Assembly (NCBI GenBank): GCA_947627925.1
Contig: CANQXW010000001.1
Coordinates: forward strand, 13,314-77,313
DNA length: 64,000 nucleotides
Source: an uncultured Bacilli bacterium
GTDB lineage: Bacteria > Bacillota_I > Bacilli_A > RF39 > UBA660
Direction: 5' to 3'
Part shown: one piece after another, positions 8,559 to 17,415 of the stretch
Position numbering within the stretch: position 1 is the first letter of the stretch
How the letters are laid out: each line of letters opens with the position of its first letter
Made by a program: the position numbers and the translations under genes
The notes under the pieces: model-generated
Seen by the model: only the letters and a program-made list of their open reading frames with translations
Told to the model about the DNA's origin: nothing
Database searches by the model: none

Positions 8559-9494
8559 ATGCATGAACAAGATTATTTTAATGAAATAAGAAGTATTATT
8601 GAAAATGTGGAAGTAAATAAAAAAGTTAGAGAGTATAAAAATAATTATGATGATTTAATAGCTAAATGGAATATTGGGAAATTACTAGTAGAAGCCCAAG
8701 GTGGAGAAAAAAGAGCCAAATATGGTAATAACTTAATAAAAAGATGGTCAGAAATATTTGTGAATGAATATGGAAAACAATACAGTGTTACAAATTTAAA
8801 ATACATGAGACAATTTTATTCAGCATTCTCAATTGGTCAACCAGTGGTTGGCCAATTAACATGGTCTCATATCATCAAATTATTACCCATTAAAAATGAA
8901 AATGAAAGAAATTATTATATTAACTAAGTTATTTTAAATAATTTGTCTAAAAGAGAATTAATTAATGAAATTAAAAGTAATGCATTTAATAGACTGTCCT
9001 ATGCTGATAAAGAAAATATTAAATTAATTAATAATGAAGAAGATAAATATAATTTAACTCTATCAGATATGATTAAAGATCCTATTATTATTAAAACGGA
9101 TAAAAATATAAATAACTTAAATGAAAAAGCTATTCATAAATTACTTATTGAAATGCTAGAGCAAAGATTTCTAGAGTTAGGTGTGGGATTCACTCTTGTT
9201 GGTCATGAATATAAAATAATTAAAGATAATATAACTTATAAAATTGATTTATTATTCTTTAATGTTAAATTAAATTGTTATATACCTATAGAAATTAAAA
9301 ATCGAAATATAACACCAGAAGATATTGGACAAATAGAATTTTATACACATTTAATAGATGATAATATTAAAGAAATATATAACAATCCAAGTATTGGTCT
9401 TATATTAGTTAAAAAGAAAAATAAATATGTTTTAGAATATGCTACAGGAAAAAACAATATTTTTGTTTCTAGTTATTTATTAGAAAAAATTTAA
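8559..9494 (+). pseudogene. yhcG: YhcG/DUF1016 PD-(D/E)XK nuclease gene, copy A, split by an in-frame TAA at 8925-8927
   Basis: ORFs 8559..8927 and 8943..9494 together carry NLKYMRQFY, QLTWSH, SKRELINEI, FTLVGHEY..IDLLFF..IEIK and PSIGLILVKK, the hallmarks of DUF1016_N plus YhcG_C PDDEXK. Copy B has CAA (Gln) where copy A has the TAA. An extended -10 (TGaTATAAT) is at ~8523. Confidence 0.75.
8831..8857. repeat. palindrome P3, inside the yhcG-A coding sequence (AATTGGTCAACCA-G-TGGTTGGCCAATT)
   Basis: It encodes I-G-Q-P-V-V-G-Q-L, immediately before the conserved TWSH motif. Confidence 0.85.
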
Positions 9495-9624
9495 AAAATA
9501 ATATATTATTGGTTTTATACCTCATTATTTGAATTAAAACTATATTAAAAATGTCAGAAATGTTTGTTTAGAACAATATTGTCAAAATAACGGTTTTATA
9601 TACAATAATTTCTTATGAGTTTCC

Positions 9625-9651
9625 AATTGTCCAATCAGTGATTGGACAATT
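9625..9651. repeat. palindrome P4 (AATTGTCCAATCA-G-TGATTGGACAATT, perfect 13-bp arms)
   Basis: The flanking frame reads YEFPIVQSVIGQLSLSY*. Confidence 0.8.
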
Positions 9652-9728
9652 AAGTTTGTCATATATAATATAATTATTAATACTCTAAAGAAATGGTTAA
9701 AATATGAGCAATTTTATTCAACATTTTC

Positions 9729-9755
9729 AATTGGTCACGCAGTGCGTGGCCAATT
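9729..9755. repeat. palindrome P5 (AATTGGTCACGCA-G-TGCGTGGCCAATT), in a ~65-codon YhcG N-domain pseudogene fragment
   Basis: The frame reads YEQFYSTFSIGHAVRGQFNLTWIHIKSLLIEQKKLGNFYNVSKRW..., homologous to copy A RQFYSAFSIGQPVVGQLTWSHIIKLL. Confidence 0.8.
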
Positions 9756-9831
9756 CAATTTAACATGGATTCATATTAAAAGTTTATTAATAGAACAAAA
9801 GAAATTAGGCAATTTTTACAACGTTTCAAAA

Positions 9832-9852
9832 AGGTGGCGCAATGGGCCACCT
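9832..9852 (-). terminator. GC-rich hairpin G1 (AGGTGGC-gcaatgg-GCCACCT) downstream of the DUF4143 ATPase gene
   Basis: A T-run follows on the minus strand (…GCCACCTTTTTG). It shares GGTGGCGCA…GCCACC with G2. Confidence 0.55.
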
Positions 9853-9915
9853 ATTTATTTGGACTTATATTAAATTTTCTTACTAGCAAAAGATGAAAAC
9901 GAATAAATTATATTT

Positions 9916-11232
9916 TTAACATAAAGTATTAATTAGAAATGCAGCATATAAAGGAACTGATTTAATTCTTGTTTCAGAACTATAACCAAAATCTTTTAAA
10001 CTAATTCTAATTTTATATTTAGGATGATATAAATCATCATAAACTTTTAAACTTTTAGCCTGAGTATGTTCCTCAGCCTTAACTTCAATAGGAATTATTC
10101 CATCATTCTTAGTTGAAATTAAAAAATCAACTTCAGAATCCCTTAATCCTTTCCAATATAATAAATCTAATCCATTAGCTTTCAGTTGATTAGCTACATA
10201 ATTTTCCGTAATAATGCTTTTATATATTTTCATATCATCAAGAAGAATAGTTTTAATATCATTGTTTACTAACCTATTAAAAATTCCTACATCTGAATAA
10301 TAAACTTTGAATTTTTCATTATCTACAAATCCCAATAATGGCTTTTCTGGTTTTTTAACACATTTACATAATTGAACAATATTGCTTTCAATTAACCATT
10401 CTAATGGCAATAAGTATTCTCTAGATTTAGCATCTGTTTCAATTACGGAATATTGAAACTTTTTAGAGGCATTTTGTAATTGTGATGGTAGCGAATTATA
10501 TATATTTTTTATTTTAAGGGTTTCGTATATATTTTTCACATGATTATTCATATCATTCATATAATCTTCTATTATATTATTAAGTATAGATAAATCATAA
10601 TTATAATTATCATCTTTGCAACTAACCAATGCTTTGACACTTTCTGGCATTCCTCCAGATAACATATATCTTCTATAATACTCTATCGCTTTTGTATGAG
10701 TTACTCCCATCGATTCATTATTTTTAAAACAAGATTTTATTTTATTTAATAATAGGTCTTGATCAAACGCCATTAAAAATTCTTCAAAATCCATTGGATA
10801 CATATATAGTCTAGTAACTTTTCCAACCGGAAAAGGTTTATCTAGTCTAGCAAGTTTTACTCCAAGTAAAGAACCAGCGCAAATAATTCTAACATTGCTA
10901 TGCTTCTCATTAAAAAATTTTAGCTCTGAAATCAACTCTTCGCTAACTTGTATTTCATCAATAAATAAAACACTATCTTCTTTATCAAAATCAAAATCTA
11001 ATAATATTTTTAAATCATTATACTTTTTTTCTGATGAAACATCAGAAGCATATAATTTAACAACTTCTTTATCATTTAATAAATTTATTTTTTTATAATT
11101 TTTAAATTCATTTTTACAAAATTCATCAATTATAAACGTTTTTCCACATTGTCTAACTCCCAAAACAAGTAATGGTTTAAAATCCGTTTCGTTTTTCCAA
11201 TTAATTAAATCATTATATATCTTTCTTTTCAT
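9916..11232 (-). CDS. AAA+ ATPase with DUF4143 domain (COG1373-type ATP-binding protein)
   Basis: 438 aa. The Walker A LVLGVRQCGKTF and overall architecture match the DUF4143 ATPase family. Confidence 0.8.
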   Translation of the reverse strand: MKRKIYNDLINWKNETDFKPLLVLGVRQCGKTFIIDEFCKNEFKNYKKINLLNDKEVVKLYASDVSSEKKYNDLKILLDFDFDKEDSVLFIDEIQVSEELISELKFFNEKHSNVRIICAGSLLGVKLARLDKPFPVGKVTRLYMYPMDFEEFLMAFDQDLLLNKIKSCFKNNESMGVTHTKAIEYYRRYMLSGGMPESVKALVSCKDDNYNYDLSILNNIIEDYMNDMNNHVKNIYETLKIKNIYNSLPSQLQNASKKFQYSVIETDAKSREYLLPLEWLIESNIVQLCKCVKKPEKPLLGFVDNEKFKVYYSDVGIFNRLVNNDIKTILLDDMKIYKSIITENYVANQLKANGLDLLYWKGLRDSEVDFLISTKNDGIIPIEVKAEEHTQAKSLKVYDDLYHPKYKIRISLKDFGYSSETRIKSVPLYAAFLINTLC

Positions 11233-11444
11233 CAGTTTTCACCTTTGCTTTAATTAACCTAATTATAGCATACTTACACCTTTTTGCACCCACTTTTCAT
11301 GAAAATTTACACTTTTTTGTAATCACATTTGAATTTAATTAATTGAAAATCAATTAAATTCTTGTTAAAATTTCATTTTTATGCATTCTTATAGTATCAT
11401 TAACAAAATTTAAAATATATGCATAAATTTTATCAATTATTTCC

Positions 11445-11471
11445 AATTTGGCCGGCATTGTCGGCCAAATT
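11445..11471. repeat. palindrome P6 (AATTTGGCCGG-CATTG-TCGGCCAAATT)
   Basis: The frame reads SNLAGIVGQIT*. Confidence 0.75.
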
Positions 11472-11511
11472 ACATAATCTCACTTTCTTAAACTATTATC
11501 AATAATGATGA

Positions 11512-12225
11512 GAGCAAAAGAAATTAGACAATCCTACTTTCCAAATTGGGCCCACACTGTGTGCCCAATTGACATATTCTCATTTTAGAGAATTATTACC
11601 CATTAAAAATGAAAATGAAAGAAATTATTATATTAACCAAGTTATTTTAAATAATTTATCAGTTAGAGAATTAATTAATGAAATTAAAAGTAATGCATTT
11701 AATAGATTATCTTATGCTGATAAAGAAAATATTAAATTAATAACTAATGAAGAAGATAAATACAATTTAACACTTTCTGATATGATTAAAGATCCCATTA
11801 TTATTAAAACGGATAAAGATATAAATAATTTAAATGAAAAGGCTATTCATAAGTTATTAATTGAAATGCTAGAGCAAAGATTTCTAGAGTTATGTTTAGG
11901 ATTTGCTCTAGTTGGTCATGAATACCCTTTAAAAATAAATAATAAAACTTATCGTACTGATTTATTATTTTTTAACTATGAAATAAATGCTTTTGTCGTT
12001 GTCGAAGTTAAAAATGAAGAATATAAACCATCACAAATTGGTCAAATAAAATTTTATATGGATTATATAAATAAGAATATTAAAAAAGAACATCATGCTA
12101 AAACAGAAGGAATATTAATAGTTAAAGAAAAAGATAAATATGTTATGAAGTATATAAATGATAAAGGAATTTATATAACATCATTTAAATTATTAAATAA
12201 TATGAAAGATAAAATTTTAAAATAA
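11512..12225 (+). pseudogene. yhcG: YhcG/DUF1016 PD-(D/E)XK nuclease gene, copy B, N-terminally truncated (no ATG; frame opens at 11512)
   Basis: LLPIKNENERNYYINQVILNNLSVRELINEIKSNAFNRLSY…LVGHEY is near-identical to copy A (~90% nt, ~95% aa over ~110 aa). The PDDEXK core that follows is only ~45% identical. The upstream N-domain is missing. Confidence 0.6.
11544..11570. repeat. palindrome P7 (AATTGGGCCCACAC-TGTGTGCCCAATT), in frame with yhcG copy B
   Basis: It encodes FQIGPTLCAQLTYSH, continuous with ORF 11569..12225. Confidence 0.8.
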
Positions 12226-12230
12226 TTATT

Positions 12231-12257
12231 AATTTGGCACGCAGTGCGTTCCAAATT
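12231..12257. repeat. palindrome P8 (AATTTGGCACGCA-G-TGCGTTCCAAATT)
   Basis: The frame reads INLARSAFQIK. It lies 6 bp after the yhcG-B stop. Confidence 0.75.
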
Positions 12258-12271
12258 AAGATAATGGAAAA

Positions 12272-12290
12272 GGTGGCGCAGCGTGCCACC
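12272..12290. terminator. GC-rich hairpin G2 (GGTGGCGCA-g-CGTGCCACC), bidirectional terminator between yhcG-B and the CDP-alcohol phosphatidyltransferase gene
   Basis: T-runs on both strands. Confidence 0.55.
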
Positions 12291-12293
12291 AAT

Positions 12294-13001
12294 TTATTTC
12301 TTAGATATTTTAGTTACTTTTTTAATATTAACATCATTTTTATGTTTAGCATAATATTCTGGATTTAACCACACATTTTTAAAATCAGTCCAACTTACTT
12401 TAGAATTATTAGTTTTTTCTTTCACTATTTTACTAGAATTACTTTCTGTAAATATTTCTCTTATATAACTTATTAAAGTTAAAAATTCCATGACAATTGC
12501 GGGAGTTAAAAGCCAAAAGTATAAACTAGTCCTAGAGGCATTAATAATTAAATTTCGAAATTCTAAAGGGAGAAAGGTTGCTTTAGTTATATCACTTACG
12601 AAAAAAGTTAAAATAACACAGATAGCTAAAATCCAAGTTTTAACTTTGCCAACCATATTAGATTGGACATTATAGTTATAGTTATATTTCATTACTTGAA
12701 CTAAAACAATTAATAATTCAATTACAATGGGAATAATGGCATAAGGTGTAATTAAATATAAAACAATAAAATTCATAATCGTAAATAATTTATCAGCGGC
12801 ACCATCAAATAAAGAGCCAAAGAAAGTAGAAGCTTTAAACTTACGGGCTAGGATACCATCAATACTATCTGTCAAATAACAAATTAAGGCAAGTATACTA
12901 GTATAATAACCACCATAAGTTCTATAGATAGGAACTAGAATAATAGTTCCAATAACTCTAATAAATGTTAATAAATTAATAATTAATAATTTGAAAACCA
13001 T
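12294..13001 (-). CDS. CDP-alcohol phosphatidyltransferase (PgsA-like)
   Basis: DSIDGILARKFKASTFFGSLFDGAADK fits D-G-x2-A-R-x8-G-x3-D-x3-D. Multiple TM helices. Confidence 0.7.
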   Translation of the reverse strand: MVFKLLIINLLTFIRVIGTIILVPIYRTYGGYYTSILALICYLTDSIDGILARKFKASTFFGSLFDGAADKLFTIMNFIVLYLITPYAIIPIVIELLIVLVQVMKYNYNYNVQSNMVGKVKTWILAICVILTFFVSDITKATFLPLEFRNLIINASRTSLYFWLLTPAIVMEFLTLISYIREIFTESNSSKIVKEKTNNSKVSWTDFKNVWLNPEYYAKHKNDVNIKKVTKISKK

Positions 13002-13009
13002 AATGCCTC

Positions 13010-13921
13010 CTACTTATTTTTTTTACCATTAAGATAACTTTTAATATCCATTATATTTTTACCAATCGGTTTTACCATATCAAAATAAATAATTCCATCT
13101 AGGCAACCAATACCTAAACTATTCTTATCTTGATAAATCTTTCCTACTTCTTTATTACCCTCATCATAATGAGCTTTCACGATTTTAACTTCTTCATTAA
13201 AGATAGTCGTTTTCGATAATGGCCAAGGACTAAAGGCTCTTATTTTATTATAGACATCTTTAACAGGCATGCTAAAATCTAACTCTTCCATTTCTCTTTC
13301 AATCATTGGAGCAAGAGTAGCGTATCCATCATTTTGTTTTATCCTTTTAATATTACCACTTATTATATTTTCTAAATTATTAAGTAAAATATTTGCTCCT
13401 AAACTACTTAATTTATCATGAAGAGTCCCAACATCATCACTATCTAATATAGGACACTCATAAATATCTATAATATCTCCCGTATCCATTCCTTCATCCA
13501 TATACATTAGAGTAACACCCGTTTTATCTTCGCCATTTAATAAAGCCCATTGAATGGGGGCACTACCCCGATATTTTGGTAAAATAGAGGCATGAATATT
13601 AATACAACCAAACCTTGGATAATCAAGAATAACTTTGGGTAATATCTTGCCATATGCACAAGTGACAATTAAATCAGGTTGATATTTTAAAATATCTTCA
13701 TATTCTAATTTTAATTTATCGGGAGTTAACACGGGAATATGATGCTCTAAAGCATAAGCTTTCACAGGAGATGGTGTTAATACTTTTTTTCTTCCTACTT
13801 CCGCATCCTTTTTAGTTACCACTAAAACTAAATTAGTCTTTTCTTCTAAAACCTTTAAAGGAGCTAAAGAAAAATCCGGAGTTCCCATAAATACTACTCT
13901 AATGTCTTTCATTATTTTCAC
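13010..13921 (-). CDS. fmt: methionyl-tRNA formyltransferase
   Basis: VVFMGTPDFS…NIHASILPKYRGSAPIQWALLNGE. Confidence 0.9.
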   Translation of the reverse strand: MKIMKDIRVVFMGTPDFSLAPLKVLEEKTNLVLVVTKKDAEVGRKKVLTPSPVKAYALEHHIPVLTPDKLKLEYEDILKYQPDLIVTCAYGKILPKVILDYPRFGCINIHASILPKYRGSAPIQWALLNGEDKTGVTLMYMDEGMDTGDIIDIYECPILDSDDVGTLHDKLSSLGANILLNNLENIISGNIKRIKQNDGYATLAPMIEREMEELDFSMPVKDVYNKIRAFSPWPLSKTTIFNEEVKIVKAHYDEGNKEVGKIYQDKNSLGIGCLDGIIYFDMVKPIGKNIMDIKSYLNGKKNK

Positions 13922-13977
13922 CTACCTATATTATAAAGGAAAAAAGACAAAATAACTAGTCTTCTAGTCATCTTGTC

Positions 13978-16900
13978 TTAAGCTTTATTTATTTCCACTA
14001 AAACTTTAATACCATTAACATTAACTTCTTCTTTTTCTAAATGTTTAGAAATTATTTCTTTAGCTAATGTTTCATTTTGAATATAATCACTAAATTTGGT
14101 AATAACTTCTTTAAATTCCTCACTATCATAATAGATAATAATCCGATCACTAACATCTAAGCCTATAGTTTTGCGCATATTTTGAATTTTCGAAATGAAT
14201 TCTCTCGCATGGCCTTCTAAAATTAAGTCTTCCGTTAAGTTCGTATTTAGAATAATAAATAGATTATCCATTACTCCGACATTAAAGCCTTCTTTAGAAG
14301 CAATTTTTACTTCATACATTTCTTTCGTAATAACTGTATCATTAAATTTCATTTCTTGATGAGTTAAATCATCTAAAGTAGTATTTTGTAAAAATTCTTC
14401 ATATTCTTTAATTTTAGGTCCAAATACTTTACCTACTTCTTTATAATTAGGTTTTAGAGAAATATTCATATATTTAGAAAGTTCAGCTTCATGATTAATT
14501 TCTTTAACATTTAACTCTTCTTCAATTAAAGGAATTAAATCAGTAATCTTATTATAAACAGCACTTTCAATAATGGCTTCTTTAAGAGGTGTTCTTACTT
14601 TAATCTTGGCATCCTCTCTCACCATTCTTCCTAGAGAGATTAAATTACGAACTAAATCCATCTTTTCTTCTAAGGCCTCATCAATTAAACTTTCATCATA
14701 TTTAGGAAAGTCTTCTAAATGCACAGAATAATTGCCGGTTAAATGCGTATAGATTTCTTCACTAATATAAGGAACAACGGGAGCAATTATTTTAGATAGG
14801 CCTACTAAAACCTCATAAGTAGTTTGATAAACAGCTTTTTTAGAATTATCTAGAGTGCTACCCCAGAACCGATTCCGGCATCTTCTTATATACCAATTTG
14901 ATAAATCTTCTGATACAAAATTCGTAATAATTCTGACAACTTTATTTAAATCGTATTCTTCATAACCATTAGTTACTTCTTTTAACATACTATTATATTT
15001 AGAAAGTAACCATTTATCTATTTCTTCTCTATCCTCTACTTTAACATCACATTTATCAATATCAATATTATCCGTCGTGGCATACATACTGAAGAAATTA
15101 TAAGTATTTTTTAAAGGATTAAAGAATTTTGAATAAACTTCTTTTAACCCATCTTCATCAAATTTTAAAGGAGTCCAAACGGGAGATACATAAGGAAGAT
15201 ACCATCTTACAGTATCAGCGCCATACTTCTCCATTATCGTAAATGGTTCAATGGCATTACCTTTCGATTTATGCATCTTTTGCCCATTTTTATCAAGTAA
15301 TAATTCATTGACTAATACATTTTTATAAGGAGATACACCTTTAACAAAAGTGGAAATTACTAAAAGCGAATAAAACCAGCCTCTTGTTTGATCAATGCCT
15401 TCACAAATGAAATCAGCCGGAAATTGACTTTCAAATAATTCTTTATTTTCAAAAGGATAATGGTATTGGGCAAAAGGCATTGAGCCAGAGTCAAACCAGC
15501 AATCAATTACGTCTTTACATCTACTCATGGCTTTGCCACATTTAGGACAAGTTATATGAATATCATCGACATAAGGACGATGAAGTTCAATAGACTCATC
15601 AATATCTTCAATAGCTTTTTCCACTAGTTCACTCCTAGAACCAATCATTTCATCATGACCACATTCACACCGCCATAAAGGAAGAGGTGTTCCCCAATAA
15701 CGGGAACGCGAAATAGCCCAATCATTTAAATTCTCTAACCAATTGCCAAATCTTTTTTCGCCAACATAAGCAGGATACCAATTAACAGAATTATTATTGG
15801 CAATAATTTTGTCTTTTAATTTAGTAACCTCTAAATAAAATGATGGTTTAGAATAATAAATAAGGGGTGATTTACAACGCCAACAATGCGGATAATTATG
15901 GACCATTTTTTGCTTTTTAAATAATTTATCATTTTCTTTTAAATATTTGATAACTTCTTTATCAGCATCAAAAACAAGCATACCCTTCCACGGTCCTTCG
16001 GTATAGCAACCATCTTCACCCACCGGATTTAGATAAGGCAAATTATAATTTTTACCCACATTCGCATCATCAGCACCATAAGCGGGAGCAATATGGACAA
16101 TACCAGTTCCATCTTCCATGGTAACATAATCATCACAAGTGACAAAGAAAGCTTTCTTATTAACTTTTAATTCCGGAATTAATTGTTCATATTCGGTATA
16201 TTCTAAATCTTTACCTTTATAAGTTTCTAGTACTTCATAAGAATCGCCTAAAACTTTAGAGGCTAATTTTTCGGCAATGATAAATTTATAATCCATACTT
16301 TTAACTAAAACATAATCTTCATGAGGATTAACACAAATAGCCACATTAGCAAGAAGTGTCCATGGCGTTGTTGTCCAAACTAAGAAGTAAACATCTTCAT
16401 CCTTTTTCTTCATTGGAACAATAACAGTTTCGACTGCTACTTCTTTATAACCTTGGGCTACTTCATGAGAAGCAAGTCCTGTTCCACATCTAGGACAATA
16501 AGGAAGAATCTTACTACCTTCATAAAATAAACCTTCATCAAAAAATTTCTTTAAAATCCACCATTCGGTTTCAATATAATCATTTTTATAAGTTATATAT
16601 GGATCATTTAAATCAATAAATTGACCCATTTTATTAGTTAAATCAGCAAAAGCTTTTTCATTTTCCCAAACCGCTTTTCGACATTCTTCATTAAATTTTT
16701 CAATGCCATAGTTTTCAATATCGCCTTTAGATGAAAAACCTAAATTTTTTTCCACTTGGACTTCTACGGGAAGACCATGAGTATCCCAACCAATTTTTCT
16801 TAATACTTTATAACCTTGCATCGTTTTATATTTACAAAAAGTATCTTTTAAAAATTTGGCTAACATATGATGAAGTCCTGGCATTCCATTCGCCGTAGCG

Positions 16901-17052
16901 GGTCCATCATGAAAAACCCAATATGGACTATTATCCCGATTTTTAATACATTGATCTAAAATATCATCTTTGAGCCATTTTTCTCTAATTTTTTCTTCAA
17001 CTTTAGATACTTCGCCATTATCTAAACTTGTAAATTTCCGCATAAACAACAT
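13978..17052 (-). CDS. ileS: isoleucine--tRNA ligase
   Basis: 1024 aa with WDTHGLPVE, KMHKSKGN and a C-terminal Cys cluster. There is a non-canonical HIGH region (PGLHHM). Confidence 0.9.
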   Translation of the reverse strand: MLFMRKFTSLDNGEVSKVEEKIREKWLKDDILDQCIKNRDNSPYWVFHDGPATANGMPGLHHMLAKFLKDTFCKYKTMQGYKVLRKIGWDTHGLPVEVQVEKNLGFSSKGDIENYGIEKFNEECRKAVWENEKAFADLTNKMGQFIDLNDPYITYKNDYIETEWWILKKFFDEGLFYEGSKILPYCPRCGTGLASHEVAQGYKEVAVETVIVPMKKKDEDVYFLVWTTTPWTLLANVAICVNPHEDYVLVKSMDYKFIIAEKLASKVLGDSYEVLETYKGKDLEYTEYEQLIPELKVNKKAFFVTCDDYVTMEDGTGIVHIAPAYGADDANVGKNYNLPYLNPVGEDGCYTEGPWKGMLVFDADKEVIKYLKENDKLFKKQKMVHNYPHCWRCKSPLIYYSKPSFYLEVTKLKDKIIANNNSVNWYPAYVGEKRFGNWLENLNDWAISRSRYWGTPLPLWRCECGHDEMIGSRSELVEKAIEDIDESIELHRPYVDDIHITCPKCGKAMSRCKDVIDCWFDSGSMPFAQYHYPFENKELFESQFPADFICEGIDQTRGWFYSLLVISTFVKGVSPYKNVLVNELLLDKNGQKMHKSKGNAIEPFTIMEKYGADTVRWYLPYVSPVWTPLKFDEDGLKEVYSKFFNPLKNTYNFFSMYATTDNIDIDKCDVKVEDREEIDKWLLSKYNSMLKEVTNGYEEYDLNKVVRIITNFVSEDLSNWYIRRCRNRFWGSTLDNSKKAVYQTTYEVLVGLSKIIAPVVPYISEEIYTHLTGNYSVHLEDFPKYDESLIDEALEEKMDLVRNLISLGRMVREDAKIKVRTPLKEAIIESAVYNKITDLIPLIEEELNVKEINHEAELSKYMNISLKPNYKEVGKVFGPKIKEYEEFLQNTTLDDLTHQEMKFNDTVITKEMYEVKIASKEGFNVGVMDNLFIILNTNLTEDLILEGHAREFISKIQNMRKTIGLDVSDRIIIYYDSEEFKEVITKFSDYIQNETLAKEIISKHLEKEEVNVNGIKVLVEINKA

Positions 17053-17059
17053 CTCCTTC

Positions 17060-17330
17060 TTTAAAAAAATTCATAAACAAAAGGGCGAAAATTATTCACG
17101 GTACCACCTTTATTTATGAATTTAATTCATCTCATCATTTTAACGCATCACTGCGAAACCAAAGTACTTTTAATTCCTCGGGTTAGCTCCTAAGGGATAT
17201 AAATTAAATACTTTTATTAGTTTCCACCAACCACTAACTCTCTTTAAAAAGCTCTTTAATTTACGTGTCTTATTCATCGCCTTTAAATTTACACTTTAAA
17301 TTATATGCAAAATCTCAATGTTAGTCAACC
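17060..17330 (-). promoter_or_regulatory. T-box riboswitch leader of ileS
   Basis: The rc of 17093-17110 is AAAGGTGGTACCGTG, the T-box consensus AAnnGGGTGGnACCGCG. An AGAGAG element sits further 5'. The extent is approximate. Confidence 0.5.
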
Positions 17331-17415
17331 TTAAAATTGCAAAACAACTATTCTTCCTCTATAATTTTTTCTTTTTTTATGATAGAATTATTAATAATAG
17401 AAAAGGGGCATAAAG

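Noticed and set aside
8173-12257. Possible CRISPR array (repeated ~27-bp palindromes)
   Set aside because: Spacing is irregular (95 to 1712 bp). The repeat copies differ internally, lie inside coding or pseudogene sequence, and no cas genes are nearby.
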